From positions 75,865 through 139,864 of the forward strand of contig JASFQK010000016.1 of the NCBI GenBank assembly GCA_050115495.1: a stretch of 64,000 nucleotides of DNA, in the 5' to 3' direction. The stretch is from Phycisphaerae bacterium. Lineage in GTDB: Bacteria > Planctomycetota > Phycisphaerae > UBA1845 > Fen-1342. The position numbers and the translations under genes are program-made. Below are positions 18,960 through 29,497 of the stretch, piece by piece (the stretch's first letter is position 1; every line of letters starts with the position of its first letter). Below the pieces are notes generated by a model. It was not told the DNA's origin. It did no database searches and was given only the letters and a program-made list of their open reading frames with translations.

Positions 18960-19394
18960 CTACTCGTTGAAAGGCCTCGATTCGGACTGGCCCCAGGGCG
19001 TGAGGTGCGCCGGCGATGCGGCGGAGCCCAACGCCTGATGGATGGCGGTGTGCAGCGTGTCCACGCGGATGGGCTTACGCACCAGGAGCGGGACGTCAAG
19101 GTCACGCAGGGCCTGCGGCAGGTCCGGCTCGGTGCAGGACGTCACCACGACGATCCGACATGTCGGATCCACCATGCGCAAAGCGTGGATGGCGTCCAGC
19201 CCGTTGACGTTGGGCATCAGGATATCCATCGTGGTCAGGGTATAGCGGCTCAACAGCGATTTGTGGATGGCGTCCGCGCCGTCGACGGCTTCGGTGACCA
19301 CCATGCCGAGCGACTCGAGCACCTCCCGCAGCAGAAAGCGCGTGCTGGGCTCGTCATCGACGATCAGGGCCGGCAAGCCCGGGTAGGGGTGCAT
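18960..19394 (-). CDS. Single-domain response regulator (CheY-like)
   Basis: [17 protein letters not shown] and KP motifs. Confidence 0.85.
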   Translation of the reverse strand: MHPYPGLPALIVDDEPSTRFLLREVLESLGMVVTEAVDGADAIHKSLLSRYTLTTMDILMPNVNGLDAIHALRMVDPTCRIVVVTSCTEPDLPQALRDLDVPLLVRKPIRVDTLHTAIHQALGSAASPAHLTPWGQSESRPFNE

Positions 19395-19397
19395 GCA

Positions 19398-19973
19398 TCA
19401 ACTCCCGATCCACGAATGGATCACCGGCAGAACACTCGCGAGTGAGGCCTCAGCGTCACACGCGCCGGCGAGCCGCACCTGTTCGATCATCCGGTAGCAC
19501 GGCGTTGAGGCCCGATCCGTTACGAGCACCCGTCCGCCGGCGCGACGGATGGCCTCGCAGCCGGCCACGCCGTCATGGTCGGCGTGCAGGCCGGACAGCA
19601 TGGCCCCATAGCAGCACGGCCCGAACACGTGGGCCGCGCTAGTGAAGGTCACGTCCATCGACGGGGCGAAGTAGTTCTCGCCCTCGGTGCGGCGGACCGA
19701 TACGCTGGTCCCGCCGGCGTTGAAGCGGACGTTGTAGGCCGGCTCGGCGATCAGCACCTCGCCGGGCCGCAGCAGATCTCCGTTAGTGGCCAGCCGGACC
19801 GGGGTGGCGACCGTGTCCCGCAGGTACCGCAGGAGCCCTTCGACGAACGGGCCGGGCGGCATGTGCTGGATGATCACGATCGCCGCCGCGAAGCCCTGGG
19901 GCATGGCCTGCAGGTACACGTGGTGCGTCCGCGGGGCCCCAGTCGACGCGCCGATCAGCACGACATTTCGCAT
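19398..19973 (-). CDS. cheB: Chemotaxis methylesterase domain protein (no receiver domain)
   Basis: IGASTGAP, IIQHMP, PSMDVTF and DGVAG carry the Ser-His-Asp triad motifs. Confidence 0.85.
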   Translation of the reverse strand: MRNVVLIGASTGAPRTHHVYLQAMPQGFAAAIVIIQHMPPGPFVEGLLRYLRDTVATPVRLATNGDLLRPGEVLIAEPAYNVRFNAGGTSVSVRRTEGENYFAPSMDVTFTSAAHVFGPCCYGAMLSGLHADHDGVAGCEAIRRAGGRVLVTDRASTPCYRMIEQVRLAGACDAEASLASVLPVIHSWIGS

Positions 19974-20016
19974 CGCCGTTTCGTTGCCTCGACGGCTGGT
20001 TTTCAGCCTCATCCCG

Positions 20017-20043
20017 TGATCGGTCGCTACGGGTCTCGTCTTC
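20017..20043 (-). promoter_or_regulatory. Weak sigma-28-like promoter upstream of cheB
   Basis: Minus strand GAAG-N15-ACCGATCA. Confidence 0.3.
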
Positions 20044-20117
20044 GCCGGCGGCGCGCCGCGGCCTGCCGGCGTTCACTTCATCCGGCAGGCCGGGCGTGCT
20101 CGTCGGCACGGAGGCGT

Positions 20118-22487
20118 CTAGAACGCGTCGAGCGTCTCCTCATCAGCAAAGGCGGCCGACGCCGCGGACTTCGAGGCGGATCTGCCGCCTGCCGGCGCAG
20201 AGGACTGAACCGATCCCGTGCTGCGCGTGTGCAGGTTGTCCTGCCGGCGCTGGATGTTCGAACGAATTGTCCTGGCCACTTCCTGGCTGTCGATGTTGTT
20301 GACGTTCGCTCCGACGAAGGAGGCCAGCTCGCCAGCGGTCCTGGCCACGGCGTCGGCCTGGGCGCTGAGTTCCTCGACCGCCGAGGCCGATTCCTCGGCG
20401 CTGGCGGCGATGGACTGGGTGACCTTATCCATCTGGCTGACCGCCAGGTTGATCTGCTCGACGCCCTGGGCCTGTTCGCTGGAGGCCTTGTTGATGCTGC
20501 TGACCAGTTCAGACACGCGCGACACGTTGTTGACGATGCGCGACAGCGTCTGACCGAAGCCGTTGGAGACCTCGCCGCCTTCCTTCGCTCGGGTGACCGA
20601 TTCCTCGATGAGGCTGGTCGTCTCGCGGGCCGCCTGGGCGGCGCGCTGGGCGAGGTTGCGGACCTCCTCGGCCACGACGGCGAAGCCCTTGCCGTGCTCG
20701 CCGGCGCGGGCCGCCTCGACGGCGGCGTTGAGGGCCAGCAGGTTCGTCTGGAAGGCGATCTCCTCGATGACCTTGATGATCTTGCTGATCTGGCCGGACG
20801 ACTCGTTGATATCCGCCATGGCCCCGTTGAGCCGGGACATCTCCCGATCGCTCTGGTGGGCCGCGTCGCGGGCCTGCACCGACAGGTCGTCGGCCTCGCG
20901 GGCGTTGCTGGCATTGGTCTGGGTCATGGCCGACATCTCTTCGAGCGCTGCGGACGTCTCTTCCAGGGAGGAGGCCTGTTCGCTGGAGCCTTCGGCCAGA
21001 GACAGTGCGGAGGCGTTCACCTGGCCGGAGGCCTCGGCCACGAGCGCCGAACCCTGCGACAGCTCGTGGACCACGCGGATGATGGGCCGGCTGATCGCCC
21101 GCGTGATGAAGATGGCCAGCACGATACCGATGATCACGGCGGCGAGGCTCACCAGGCTGACGTTGCGCTTGGTGCCCTGCGCTGCCGCCAACATGGCCTC
21201 GTCGGTCATGACGTTTTTCTTGACCTCGTCGCGCACCTTAGCGAGAAGCTCCTGGACCTTCACCAGGTTGGGCTGGGTCTTCGTGGCGAAGATCTGGTTG
21301 GCGGCCCGCATGCCGTCGACGGCCGCCGTGGCGTGCTCCTGGCACGTGTGAAGCGCCTGCCGTGTGCCGGCCAGGGCCGGCGTGGTCTGCTCGTCGAAGA
21401 TCTTGCGCGCCTGTTCCTGAGCGTCGACGAAGGCCGTCTCGGCGGCGATGGCCTCGTAGAAGTGCTCGGCCACCGCGTCGAGAGCCGGGACCGTCTCTTC
21501 GGTGTAGACCCTCTTGCCTGCGGCCGTGTCTCCGGCGTTGAACGCGTCCTTGAGCTTCTGGGCCGAAGCGTGCAGCCGCCTATGGGGCTCCTCGCAGGCG
21601 CTCAGGGCGGCGTCCAGCGCAGGAAAGTCCGCCCGCCACTGCTGGCACTGCTCACTCCCCAGGAACTGGCCGAATGCGCACAGGCTGGGGTCCATCTGGA
21701 CATCGAAGTTCGGGTCTTCGAGGGCAGCAGCACGGCATACCTGGGCTGCCCACTGCCGGTGATCATCGAGCCGCGCCGTGAGTAGCTGACGCAACCCAGT
21801 GTGTCGCTGCTGCCAGACGCCCTGGATGGCGGTGGCAGACTCGTGGAGTTTCCGGTGCGGTTCCTTGAGGGCCTCGATCAGCCGGCCGAACGTCGGGTCT
21901 GCGGCGATGTACGACCGACACTCATCGCTGGCCAGCCACTGGCCCAGGGCGCACTTCGTCGGATCGGTCTGCACGTCGAGTTGCGGCCGGTTGTGCAGGA
22001 ACAGGTCCTCGACCTTCGAGGCCCACTCGAGGTGGTCGACTTGCCGAGCGCACAGCTTGCCGGGCAGCAGGACGTCAGCCTGCTGGAAGACGTTCTTGAT
22101 CTCCACAGCGGATGTGTGCAGGTCGGCGTGGTAGCGCTCGATCTCCGCGAGGAGCGGGGTGATCGACGGCACTGTCTGCTCGGCGGCCCGGCGTGCATCG
22201 CTGTGCAGCCACTTTCCGAACCGGCACTGGGTCGGGTCCGTCTGGGCCGTCAGCTCGGTGACGTGGTCGTCGGTCAGCAGGGCGTTGACCTGGTTCGCCC
22301 AGTTCAGGTGGTCCACCTCGTTCTGGGCCATGCCGCCGTCCAGCTTGTTGCCGGTGATGACTTCCTGAGCGTGCCCGACGATAGTGCTGATGCCAGTGAA
22401 CGCCAGAGCGCCGACGATCACCAACAGCACCATGCAGACACCGAACCCCAATCCGATTCTCATGGCCACGGTCAGTCGTTTGAACAT
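20118..22487 (-). CDS. Methyl-accepting chemotaxis protein with three CZB zinc-binding domains
   Basis: TM1 and TM2, three DHxxW...DPxxCxxGxW/FL...HxxLH repeats, and signalling core [42 protein letters not shown]. Confidence 0.92.
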   Translation of the reverse strand: MFKRLTVAMRIGLGFGVCMVLLVIVGALAFTGISTIVGHAQEVITGNKLDGGMAQNEVDHLNWANQVNALLTDDHVTELTAQTDPTQCRFGKWLHSDARRAAEQTVPSITPLLAEIERYHADLHTSAVEIKNVFQQADVLLPGKLCARQVDHLEWASKVEDLFLHNRPQLDVQTDPTKCALGQWLASDECRSYIAADPTFGRLIEALKEPHRKLHESATAIQGVWQQRHTGLRQLLTARLDDHRQWAAQVCRAAALEDPNFDVQMDPSLCAFGQFLGSEQCQQWRADFPALDAALSACEEPHRRLHASAQKLKDAFNAGDTAAGKRVYTEETVPALDAVAEHFYEAIAAETAFVDAQEQARKIFDEQTTPALAGTRQALHTCQEHATAAVDGMRAANQIFATKTQPNLVKVQELLAKVRDEVKKNVMTDEAMLAAAQGTKRNVSLVSLAAVIIGIVLAIFITRAISRPIIRVVHELSQGSALVAEASGQVNASALSLAEGSSEQASSLEETSAALEEMSAMTQTNASNAREADDLSVQARDAAHQSDREMSRLNGAMADINESSGQISKIIKVIEEIAFQTNLLALNAAVEAARAGEHGKGFAVVAEEVRNLAQRAAQAARETTSLIEESVTRAKEGGEVSNGFGQTLSRIVNNVSRVSELVSSINKASSEQAQGVEQINLAVSQMDKVTQSIAASAEESASAVEELSAQADAVARTAGELASFVGANVNNIDSQEVARTIRSNIQRRQDNLHTRSTGSVQSSAPAGGRSASKSAASAAFADEETLDAF

Positions 22488-22720
22488 GATGTCTTTCTCC
22501 AGTCGGACCCGAACCCGCACGTGTGCTCGCTCCCCGCGAGCGTGGGCTTTCAAAGACTGGCAGGGTCGCACTGCGGCGGCCGGATGGCATTTGGCTCGGG
22601 CTCGCGTCGCGAAAGGAAAATGGTTCCTCCCGGTCTCTCCGGCCGTTCGTCCCAGCAGACAGCGGAAAGCGCAAGTGGGCGGGAGGAAACCGGGCCTGAT
22701 GCCTGTTGCTGCCGCCCCGT

Positions 22721-22747
22721 ATATCGGCCAGCAGTGCAGGTGACTTA
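22721..22747 (-). promoter_or_regulatory. Sigma-28 (FliA)-type promoter for the MCP operon
   Basis: Minus strand TAAG-N15-GCCGATAT, close to the TAAA-N15-GCCGATAA consensus, upstream of a chemoreceptor. Confidence 0.7.
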
Positions 22748-23681
22748 CTCAAAGATGAAACCGACGTGCCGGCACGTGTGGCGAGCTCTGGACATGTCGT
22801 AGCGAGAATGCCGCGGTTGACCTGTAGCCACGTAGGCTTATCGATGGTGATGCGGAGCGACGTCCTGACGCGACGAGAGGCCACAATCTCGCAGGTTTGC
22901 TGCGACATACACGCTACGCAGCCAAATCCTATCCGGCTTGTCGTCTGTGTATGCGGCGTCGTATGTTCGGTGGACACGCCGCCGCGTCATTGCCGACGCC
23001 GCAGCGTGCAGATGCCGGCGACGATTGTGCGAATCGGGCGTGCATATGCTCTGGCGAATCTTCCTGACCCGATGGGATCTGGTTCACGAAGGTCCGCTCA
23101 CCGGCGCCGCCGGCGTCACGTTCTGCTGACTTGCGGTTGGTGGCTGGGGAGTCTCTGCTTCTGTTCGCGTACGCGGTGCGGGCGCCGCCGGAATGAGGGG
23201 GGGCTTTGTGAGCGGTGACGGTCGGCGCACGCCGGGCCGGGTTTCTTAACAAACCGCTCCCGTTCTCGTCTGCGCGGGCCCGATTAACACAAACAGCACA
23301 AGACCTTCGAATCTCCGACACGGCTATTTAACAACGCGGGGTTACTCATACATGCACATTGGACGAAGCCGGCAGGCGCGGCGGCGACGGGGCGCAAATG
23401 GAACACGGTGCATCCGGAGGGGGGGCAACGTGCCGGATCGTCGTGATTCAGCGTCGAGCGTCTGAGGTCGTCCACGATTCGGCGTAAAGCAGGTTGAGCG
23501 CGGTTCTGGCAGGCCGGGGGGTGCGAGTGTTGTGTTGTGCCCCGGCGGCCGTAGAGGTGCGGGTTGTGGACCGCTTCATTTATCTCCTTTTTCGCACAGT
23601 GGTGGTAAGTCGTTAATCGAGGTCTGGTATTCAGGGCGCAGGCGTGAAGCCGTGTGCGCGAAGACAAACGGAGATGCTGAC

Positions 23682-24752
23682 GTGAAAAGACCAGGATGGT
23701 TGCGTCGTGAGGTATGGCCCGGGCGCTCGGCGTTCACGCTGATCGAGCTGCTCGTGGTCGTGGCGATTCTCGCGGTTCTGATGTCGATTCTGCTGCCGGC
23801 CCTGGGTTCGGCGCGGGCGGCGGCGCGCGTCTCGGTGTGCGCGGCGAACATGCATCACATCGGGCAGGCCTTCGCGAACTACCTGACGAACAACGAGGCG
23901 GTCTACCCGCCGTCCTACCTGTACCCTTCGGACTGGCACGGGCATTACGACCCGCTGAGCCAGTTGGCGACGCATCCGTGGGGGTACATGCACTGGTCGT
24001 ATTTCCTCTACAACGAGGGCAGCGTCAACGACAAGGCCTTCCAATGCCCGGAGTTCCCGTGCAAAGGCGGCTATCCGCGGACGAATCCCGGGCCGGTGCC
24101 CGACCACTGGGAGCAGGGCCAGCAGTGGGACCAGTGGAACCGGACGGCGCCGAACGACCTGGTGGACAAGCAGGCGGCCCGCATGGCCTTCACGGCCAAC
24201 GCCGCAATCGTCCCGCGAAACAAGTTCACCCGCCTGCTCTCGGGCAACCCGAATCGCATGAACAAGTGGGTGCGCGAGTCGGAAGTGGCGGATCCGCGAA
24301 ACGTCATCCTGGCGACGGAATTCCACAAGGACTGGCGCATGGGGGCCGTCGGCAACCCGGCGACCAACCTCGATCCGCCGTTCCTCTCGAAGAGCCACCG
24401 TTCGGTCAGCGCGTTCTTCAACAGCGACGGCGGGGCGAACGAGTTTCTCGCCGGCTACGAGGCGAAGTTCACGTACGGGCCGGAGGGCGATCCGAGCTAC
24501 GGCCTGCGACCGCTGTCGGAGGTGGAAGGGAAGACCGGTGTGATCGACGGCGCCTACGTGAGCGAGGTGAACGTGGTCGGCCGGCACCACCCGGGCGGCG
24601 ACAAGTGGGGCGGGACCGCCAATTTCATGTGCACGGACGGTCACGTGGAGCGCAAGGCCGTGTTCCAGACGCTCTACCGGCGGATGTGGGGTAGCGCCTA
24701 TTACGGGCTGACCGGACCAAACGAGGTCTCCTACGAAGATGGAACACCATAG
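23682..24752 (+). CDS. Prepilin-type N-terminal cleavage/methylation protein (DUF1559-like)
   Basis: [29 protein letters not shown]...C.ANM..IG, C-terminal RHH...[19 protein letters not shown] then GTG. Confidence 0.9.
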   Translation: MKRPGWLRREVWPGRSAFTLIELLVVVAILAVLMSILLPALGSARAAARVSVCAANMHHIGQAFANYLTNNEAVYPPSYLYPSDWHGHYDPLSQLATHPWGYMHWSYFLYNEGSVNDKAFQCPEFPCKGGYPRTNPGPVPDHWEQGQQWDQWNRTAPNDLVDKQAARMAFTANAAIVPRNKFTRLLSGNPNRMNKWVRESEVADPRNVILATEFHKDWRMGAVGNPATNLDPPFLSKSHRSVSAFFNSDGGANEFLAGYEAKFTYGPEGDPSYGLRPLSEVEGKTGVIDGAYVSEVNVVGRHHPGGDKWGGTANFMCTDGHVERKAVFQTLYRRMWGSAYYGLTGPNEVSYEDGTP

Positions 24753-24981
24753 CCGACGCCGCAGCGCGCGCCGCACGTTGCCTGGCGCCGTCGCCGGCTA
24801 AGCGCCGGGCCGGAGGATGCTCGTCGTCTCCGGCCGGCGCCTGGGCAAACGGAGAGAAGCAGCATCCCGAGCAGTGGAAAGGAGGTGTGGACGAAGGCTC
24901 GGGGGGAAGGTGCGCGCGGGCGCTAGAAGAGACTCGGACGAAGATCCTGCAAAGAAATCTCGCTTTTCCTGGAGGACTAGA

Positions 24982-27540
24982 ATGAGAAGCATGATTCTGT
25001 GTGTTTCGATGTTCGCCGTGCTGGCGCTGTGTGCGCCCGTCGGCGTGGCCGACGACCTGAACGGCCCGTACTTCTACGAGTCGTCCGACTGTCCGACGGG
25101 CGAAGGCCCGAAGGCTGGCGGCTTCGTGACCATCAGCGGGGCGACGCTATTCCGCGACTTCTTCACCGCCGCCGACTCGACCGCGCGGTTCAGCACGGAC
25201 ATCGACTGCGACGCGACCCCGGGCAGCAACCTGGCCCCGATCTGGTCGGGTCTGGGTGGCACGTACTGGTGGGTCGTGCAGTACCGCGGCATCGGCTCGG
25301 GCAACGGTCTGGCCGAGTTCGTCGCCTACCAGTGCAACGGCGACATCCCGAACACGGTCCCGTCCGAAGGTGGCTGGATCAACCGTATTCCGTACGGCGC
25401 CCCCGGTGGCTGCGATGATAACGGCATGGACCCGAGCTGCTGCGACAGCGGTACGCCCTCCTGCCCGCCCTCGGTTGACATCGCCGTCCTCGACGTCCCC
25501 ACCGCGTGGTTTACCGTCGTTGGCGACGAAGTGGACGCCAGCCCGGACCGCGCCCCCGGCGAGCCCGGCTACGGCCTCAATCCGCACATCTCCTGTGGCG
25601 GCAAGAGCAACCACCTCAAGTCCTTCGGCTGCCTGACGCCGGCCGACGTTGTGGACACGCAGATCGCCTGGGTGCCCATCTCCATCATCACCAACCACGG
25701 TACGGGCTATGAGAACCTCGACATCACCGCGCTGCGGCACCTGTTCCTGACGGGCCGCCTGCCGAATGGTGAGAACCTCGTCGCCGTGACGCGTGACTCG
25801 GGCTCGGGCACGCGCAACGGAGCCATGAGCTCGATGTGCCTCGATCCGAGCTGGGGCATGGGCGAGAACCGCGACGACAAGACCAACACTTCGGAATTCA
25901 CTAAGCTCGGCCCCGCCCACGTACGCTCGAACCTGGGTGGCTCGAGCCGTATGGAAGAAGTGGTGCAGAACGTGCGCCTGGCCGTCGGTTACACCGGCCT
26001 GTGCGGTTCGAGCCGCTCGGCCGTCGACGTGTCCGGCCAGAAGTACGAGCTGATGGGCGTTGTCTACGACGATCGCGGCGGCACGCTGGCCGTCCGCCCC
26101 AACACGCAGGCCATCTACTTCAACGAGATGGACAGCGCGTTTGACTACGGTTGGCAGATCGGTGGTCCCGAGACGATGGCGACCAACGGCGATCCGATGA
26201 TCCCGGGCGACATGGAGAACGAGGCTGCGGCCGACTACATTCGCAACATCATCGAGAGCATCGCCGCCTACTCGCCGCCGGGCTACCGTCCGGATCCGGC
26301 GGACTTCATGGCGACCGAGTACCAGCTCACGGCCGCCGTTGGCTGGGTGCCGGGCAATCCGCCCTGCAACTTCATCCCGAACCCGGCGCTGAATGAGCAA
26401 CTCCGCGCCTGGAGTGCCCTGAACGACACCTGCGCCGACATCGTCTTCGACTACGGCGCTTACTCGATGACCGGTCTTACCCCGGTGCGTTCGCAGAATC
26501 CCGACTGGAGCGGCATCGAAACGCCTTCGTGCGACTGCGACTACCCGGCCAACGGCCTTTACTCCGACGGTCTGACCGGCGGCGAGCTCGGTTACCTGAA
26601 TCGCCACAACGGCGAGTACTACCCGATCTACGGCGACGTGCTGAACCTGCGTAACCGCATCGCCGGCGACTGGGACGGCGACGGCGACCGCGACGTGGAC
26701 GACATCGACGAGATGATGTGGGCGATCGACGACACCACCGGTTACGTCACCGCCAACTCGACGGTCGGTGACCCTGTCACCCCCGAGATCATCGGTGACT
26801 ACGACGGCAACGGCAACTTCGACTGCCGCGACATCCGCTACTTCGCCGACGGTCTGGCCCTGGTGTCCGGCAATCTGTGCCGGGCGGACGGCTTCCGTCT
26901 GGTCGACGAGGCTTGGTTTGCGCGCACCGGCACGCTGAACTACTTCGGCACGACGCTCGTGACCGGCGTTGAGTACGAGGCGGGCGACTCGCGGGCCGAC
27001 GTGGCCGGCCGCACGCCGTGCCGCGGTGCCGAGCCCCGCGGTTATGACTGTGTCGTGGACTGCGCCGACATCAACTACATCTGCGAGAACATCGGCGCGG
27101 TGCCGTTCGACTACAGCTGCGACATGGACTGCGACCTGGCGATCACCGTCAGTGACGTGCAGGTGGTCGTGAAGGACATCCTGGAAGCCCTGGACGGCGA
27201 CGCCAACCTCGACGGCGTGGTCGACGCCGACGACTGGTGCATCGTTACGTCCAACCTCGGCCGTGGTGGCTGCTGGTGCGACGGCGACTTCAACTTCGAT
27301 GGCATCGTCAACGGCAGTGACCTGGCGATGGTCCCCCGTCCGGACAGCATGGGTGACATGAACTGCGACGGCGACGTCAACAACTTCGACATCGCTCCGT
27401 TCGTGGTGGCCCTGACCAACCCCGAGGGCTACGCGGAGCAGTATCCGGAGTGCGACGTCATGTACGCCGACATCAACTGTGACGGCGTCGTGGACAACTT
27501 CGACATCGCCCCGTTCATCGCGCTGGTTCTGTCGAAGTAA
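24982..27540 (+). CDS. Secreted Cys-rich protein: PstS/PBP-like N-terminal domain + multiple dockerin-like Ca-binding repeats
   Basis: GGAGG RBS and signal peptide. TISGATL, YRGIGSGNG and TRDSGSGTRN are PstS-like motifs. Contains GDWDGDGDRDVDD, GDANLDGVVDADD, GDFNFDGIVNGSD, GDMNCDGDVNNFDI and ADINCDGVVDNFDI. Confidence 0.75.
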   Translation: MRSMILCVSMFAVLALCAPVGVADDLNGPYFYESSDCPTGEGPKAGGFVTISGATLFRDFFTAADSTARFSTDIDCDATPGSNLAPIWSGLGGTYWWVVQYRGIGSGNGLAEFVAYQCNGDIPNTVPSEGGWINRIPYGAPGGCDDNGMDPSCCDSGTPSCPPSVDIAVLDVPTAWFTVVGDEVDASPDRAPGEPGYGLNPHISCGGKSNHLKSFGCLTPADVVDTQIAWVPISIITNHGTGYENLDITALRHLFLTGRLPNGENLVAVTRDSGSGTRNGAMSSMCLDPSWGMGENRDDKTNTSEFTKLGPAHVRSNLGGSSRMEEVVQNVRLAVGYTGLCGSSRSAVDVSGQKYELMGVVYDDRGGTLAVRPNTQAIYFNEMDSAFDYGWQIGGPETMATNGDPMIPGDMENEAAADYIRNIIESIAAYSPPGYRPDPADFMATEYQLTAAVGWVPGNPPCNFIPNPALNEQLRAWSALNDTCADIVFDYGAYSMTGLTPVRSQNPDWSGIETPSCDCDYPANGLYSDGLTGGELGYLNRHNGEYYPIYGDVLNLRNRIAGDWDGDGDRDVDDIDEMMWAIDDTTGYVTANSTVGDPVTPEIIGDYDGNGNFDCRDIRYFADGLALVSGNLCRADGFRLVDEAWFARTGTLNYFGTTLVTGVEYEAGDSRADVAGRTPCRGAEPRGYDCVVDCADINYICENIGAVPFDYSCDMDCDLAITVSDVQVVVKDILEALDGDANLDGVVDADDWCIVTSNLGRGGCWCDGDFNFDGIVNGSDLAMVPRPDSMGDMNCDGDVNNFDIAPFVVALTNPEGYAEQYPECDVMYADINCDGVVDNFDIAPFIALVLSK

Positions 27541-27560
27541 GCTTACTGGTTTGAGTATCT

Positions 27561-27609
27561 CCGGCCGGCCGTCGGGCGGTGTATGACGCCCGGCGGCCGG
27601 TGCCTTTTT
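27561..27609 (+). terminator. Rho-independent terminator
   Basis: CCGGCCGTCGGGCG...CGCCCGGCGGCCGG hairpin followed by CCTTTTT. Confidence 0.6.
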
Positions 27610-27618
27610 GCGCGGAGA

Positions 27619-29286
27619 TTACGGGTGCGGGGCCGCGGCGGGGGCGGGGGTGCCGAGCACTTCCAGCAGCGTTGTGGGCATGGCCTTCGATGGGGCGGCG
27701 ATGCGGAGTCGGCCGGAGAGGGCGGCGGCGGCCTCCGCCGGATCGACGGGGCGTTGCACGACGCCGGGACGGATGCCCGGGCCGGCGAAGATCAGCGGTA
27801 CATGCACGTCGTAATGGTACGGCGAGCCGTGCGTGGTGGCGTCGACCACGGGGTCGGTGTACAGGTACCAGAACTGATCCTGCACGACGAGCACGTTGCC
27901 GGAACGCTTGGGGTGGAAGGCCATCTGCACGCGGCGGTGGATCGGGTCGTCGGGCAGCCGGCCGGTCAGCAGGTCGCCGCGTGTCACGGCCAGGGCGATG
28001 CCGGGCTGGGCGAGCATGACCCGCGCCAGGACGGGCTCGACCTCGGCGGCGGTGAGGTTCAGCCGGGCGAGCACGGCCTGGTCCAGGTACAACGCCGGTG
28101 GCCAGAAGGAGAGCACGAGGTCCTCGGTCGTGCGGTAGTGCTCACGCAGGTCGGCGTTGGCCCGGGCCAGCAGCTCCTTCGGATCGTGGCGGCCGGCGTC
28201 GAAGCCCAGACGCTGCCACTCCTCGGGGATGTCGTCGAAGCCGTGGTCGGCGGTCAGCACGACCAGCGTCCGGTTCGGGCCGACAGTCTCGTCGAGGAAG
28301 TGCAGCAGGTCGGCCAGGGAGCGATCGACGCGGAGCAGGTTGTCCTCGGCTTCGAGGCTGCGCACGCCCCATCCGTGCTGGATGTAGTCCATCGCCGAGA
28401 AGCTGACGGCGAGGAGATCGACGGCGTCACGCTGGCCGAGCTGCTCGTTCCTGACGAGTTCTTTGGTGAACGCCAGCAGGAGGTCGTCGGAGAAGGGCGT
28501 GTAGCGCAGGACGGCGCCGAAGTCCTCCGCGTTGCCGCCGGCCAGCGCGTGCGGGAACGTGCGGCCAAGCTGCTTGTAGCCTTTCTCGCCCGGGCGGTCG
28601 TCCTCGCGGTTGGCGTAGTCGTCGGCGGGGCGGAGCAGGGACCAGGTCGCCTCACGGTAGCGTTCGGCGGGTTTGGTCTGATGCCACGCGGTGACCCAGT
28701 CCGGGTATCCCTGGCGGTAGTACGTGCTGGTGACGAAGTGGACGGCGTTGGGGTCGTACCAGTAGGCTTGGCCGAGATGGCCGGCGGGGAGGATGGCCGC
28801 CCGGTCCTTGCCGGAGACACCGAAGACGCGCGACCGGCCGCCGCTGGCGACGACGAGTTCGTCGCCGAAGGTGGAGGCCAGCAGGTGGACGGGCGAGCGG
28901 CCGCCGGGGGCGTCGGGCGGCTGACCGATGAGCGGATGGGCGGGGTCGCCGACGGCGTAGATGCGGTCGCCGGTCTGGGGGGCGTACCAGTAGTTGCCGG
29001 CGATGCCGTGCTGGGGGGTGTAGGTGCCGGTGAGGAGCGTGGCATGGCCGACGGCGGTGAACGTGTTGGCGTGGCCGTAGAGGGCCTGGCGGTATTCGAC
29101 GCCCTCGCGCAACAGCCGATTGAAGCCGTCCGGGCCGAGGCGGGGGCAATCCCGGTGCAGCGAGTCGTAGCGCAGGCCGTCGACCACGACGAAGAGCACG
29201 AGCTTTGTCTCTTCTGCGGGCGGGGCGGCGTAGGTGACGGTGGCGGCGAGCAGCAGCGCCGCGATGAGGATCGTGCGAGTTTTCAC
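27619..29286 (-). CDS. Alkaline phosphatase, PafA / nucleotide pyrophosphatase family
   Basis: VVVDGLR, TAVGHATLLTG (Thr nucleophile), SGKDRAAILPAGH, LTADHG and THGSPYHYDVHVP. Signal peptide present. Confidence 0.9.
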   Translation of the reverse strand: MKTRTILIAALLLAATVTYAAPPAEETKLVLFVVVDGLRYDSLHRDCPRLGPDGFNRLLREGVEYRQALYGHANTFTAVGHATLLTGTYTPQHGIAGNYWYAPQTGDRIYAVGDPAHPLIGQPPDAPGGRSPVHLLASTFGDELVVASGGRSRVFGVSGKDRAAILPAGHLGQAYWYDPNAVHFVTSTYYRQGYPDWVTAWHQTKPAERYREATWSLLRPADDYANREDDRPGEKGYKQLGRTFPHALAGGNAEDFGAVLRYTPFSDDLLLAFTKELVRNEQLGQRDAVDLLAVSFSAMDYIQHGWGVRSLEAEDNLLRVDRSLADLLHFLDETVGPNRTLVVLTADHGFDDIPEEWQRLGFDAGRHDPKELLARANADLREHYRTTEDLVLSFWPPALYLDQAVLARLNLTAAEVEPVLARVMLAQPGIALAVTRGDLLTGRLPDDPIHRRVQMAFHPKRSGNVLVVQDQFWYLYTDPVVDATTHGSPYHYDVHVPLIFAGPGIRPGVVQRPVDPAEAAAALSGRLRIAAPSKAMPTTLLEVLGTPAPAAAPHP

Positions 29287-29415
29287 GGTTGGGTGCCTCC
29301 TGTGCTTGGCGCAGATGAACGCGGGCTGGCGGCCCGGTCCACACGATTCGACGCACACGGGAGGATAGCATCGCGGGGCAGCGAGCGCGTGTGAACCGCC
29401 GGCACACGCGCCGAT

Positions 29416-29444
29416 CTCACCGAATCTTAATCGACGGGTAACAG
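29416..29444 (-). promoter_or_regulatory. Possible Pho-box/OmpR-type direct repeats upstream of the phosphatase
   Basis: Minus strand CTGTTAC / ATTAA / GTGAG half-sites at 11-bp period. Confidence 0.3.
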
Positions 29445-29497
29445 CGGCGCGGACGGGTAGGGTGGGCGGTCGGGTCATGACGGCGGCAAGCGGCTGG

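Noticed and set aside
19575..21785. Long + strand ORF (736 aa)
   Set aside because: Antisense shadow of cheB/MCP in high-GC DNA, with no motifs.
22490..22715. c-di-GMP riboswitch in the MCP leader
   Set aside because: Could not find the conserved class I or II core motifs by eye; an Rfam scan would be needed.
22706..23667. Short ORFs in the MCP-prepilin intergenic region
   Set aside because: No RBS, motifs or typical codon pattern; the ORFs overlap and conflict with each other.
27583..29394. Long + strand ORF (603 aa)
   Set aside because: Antisense shadow of the phosphatase gene.
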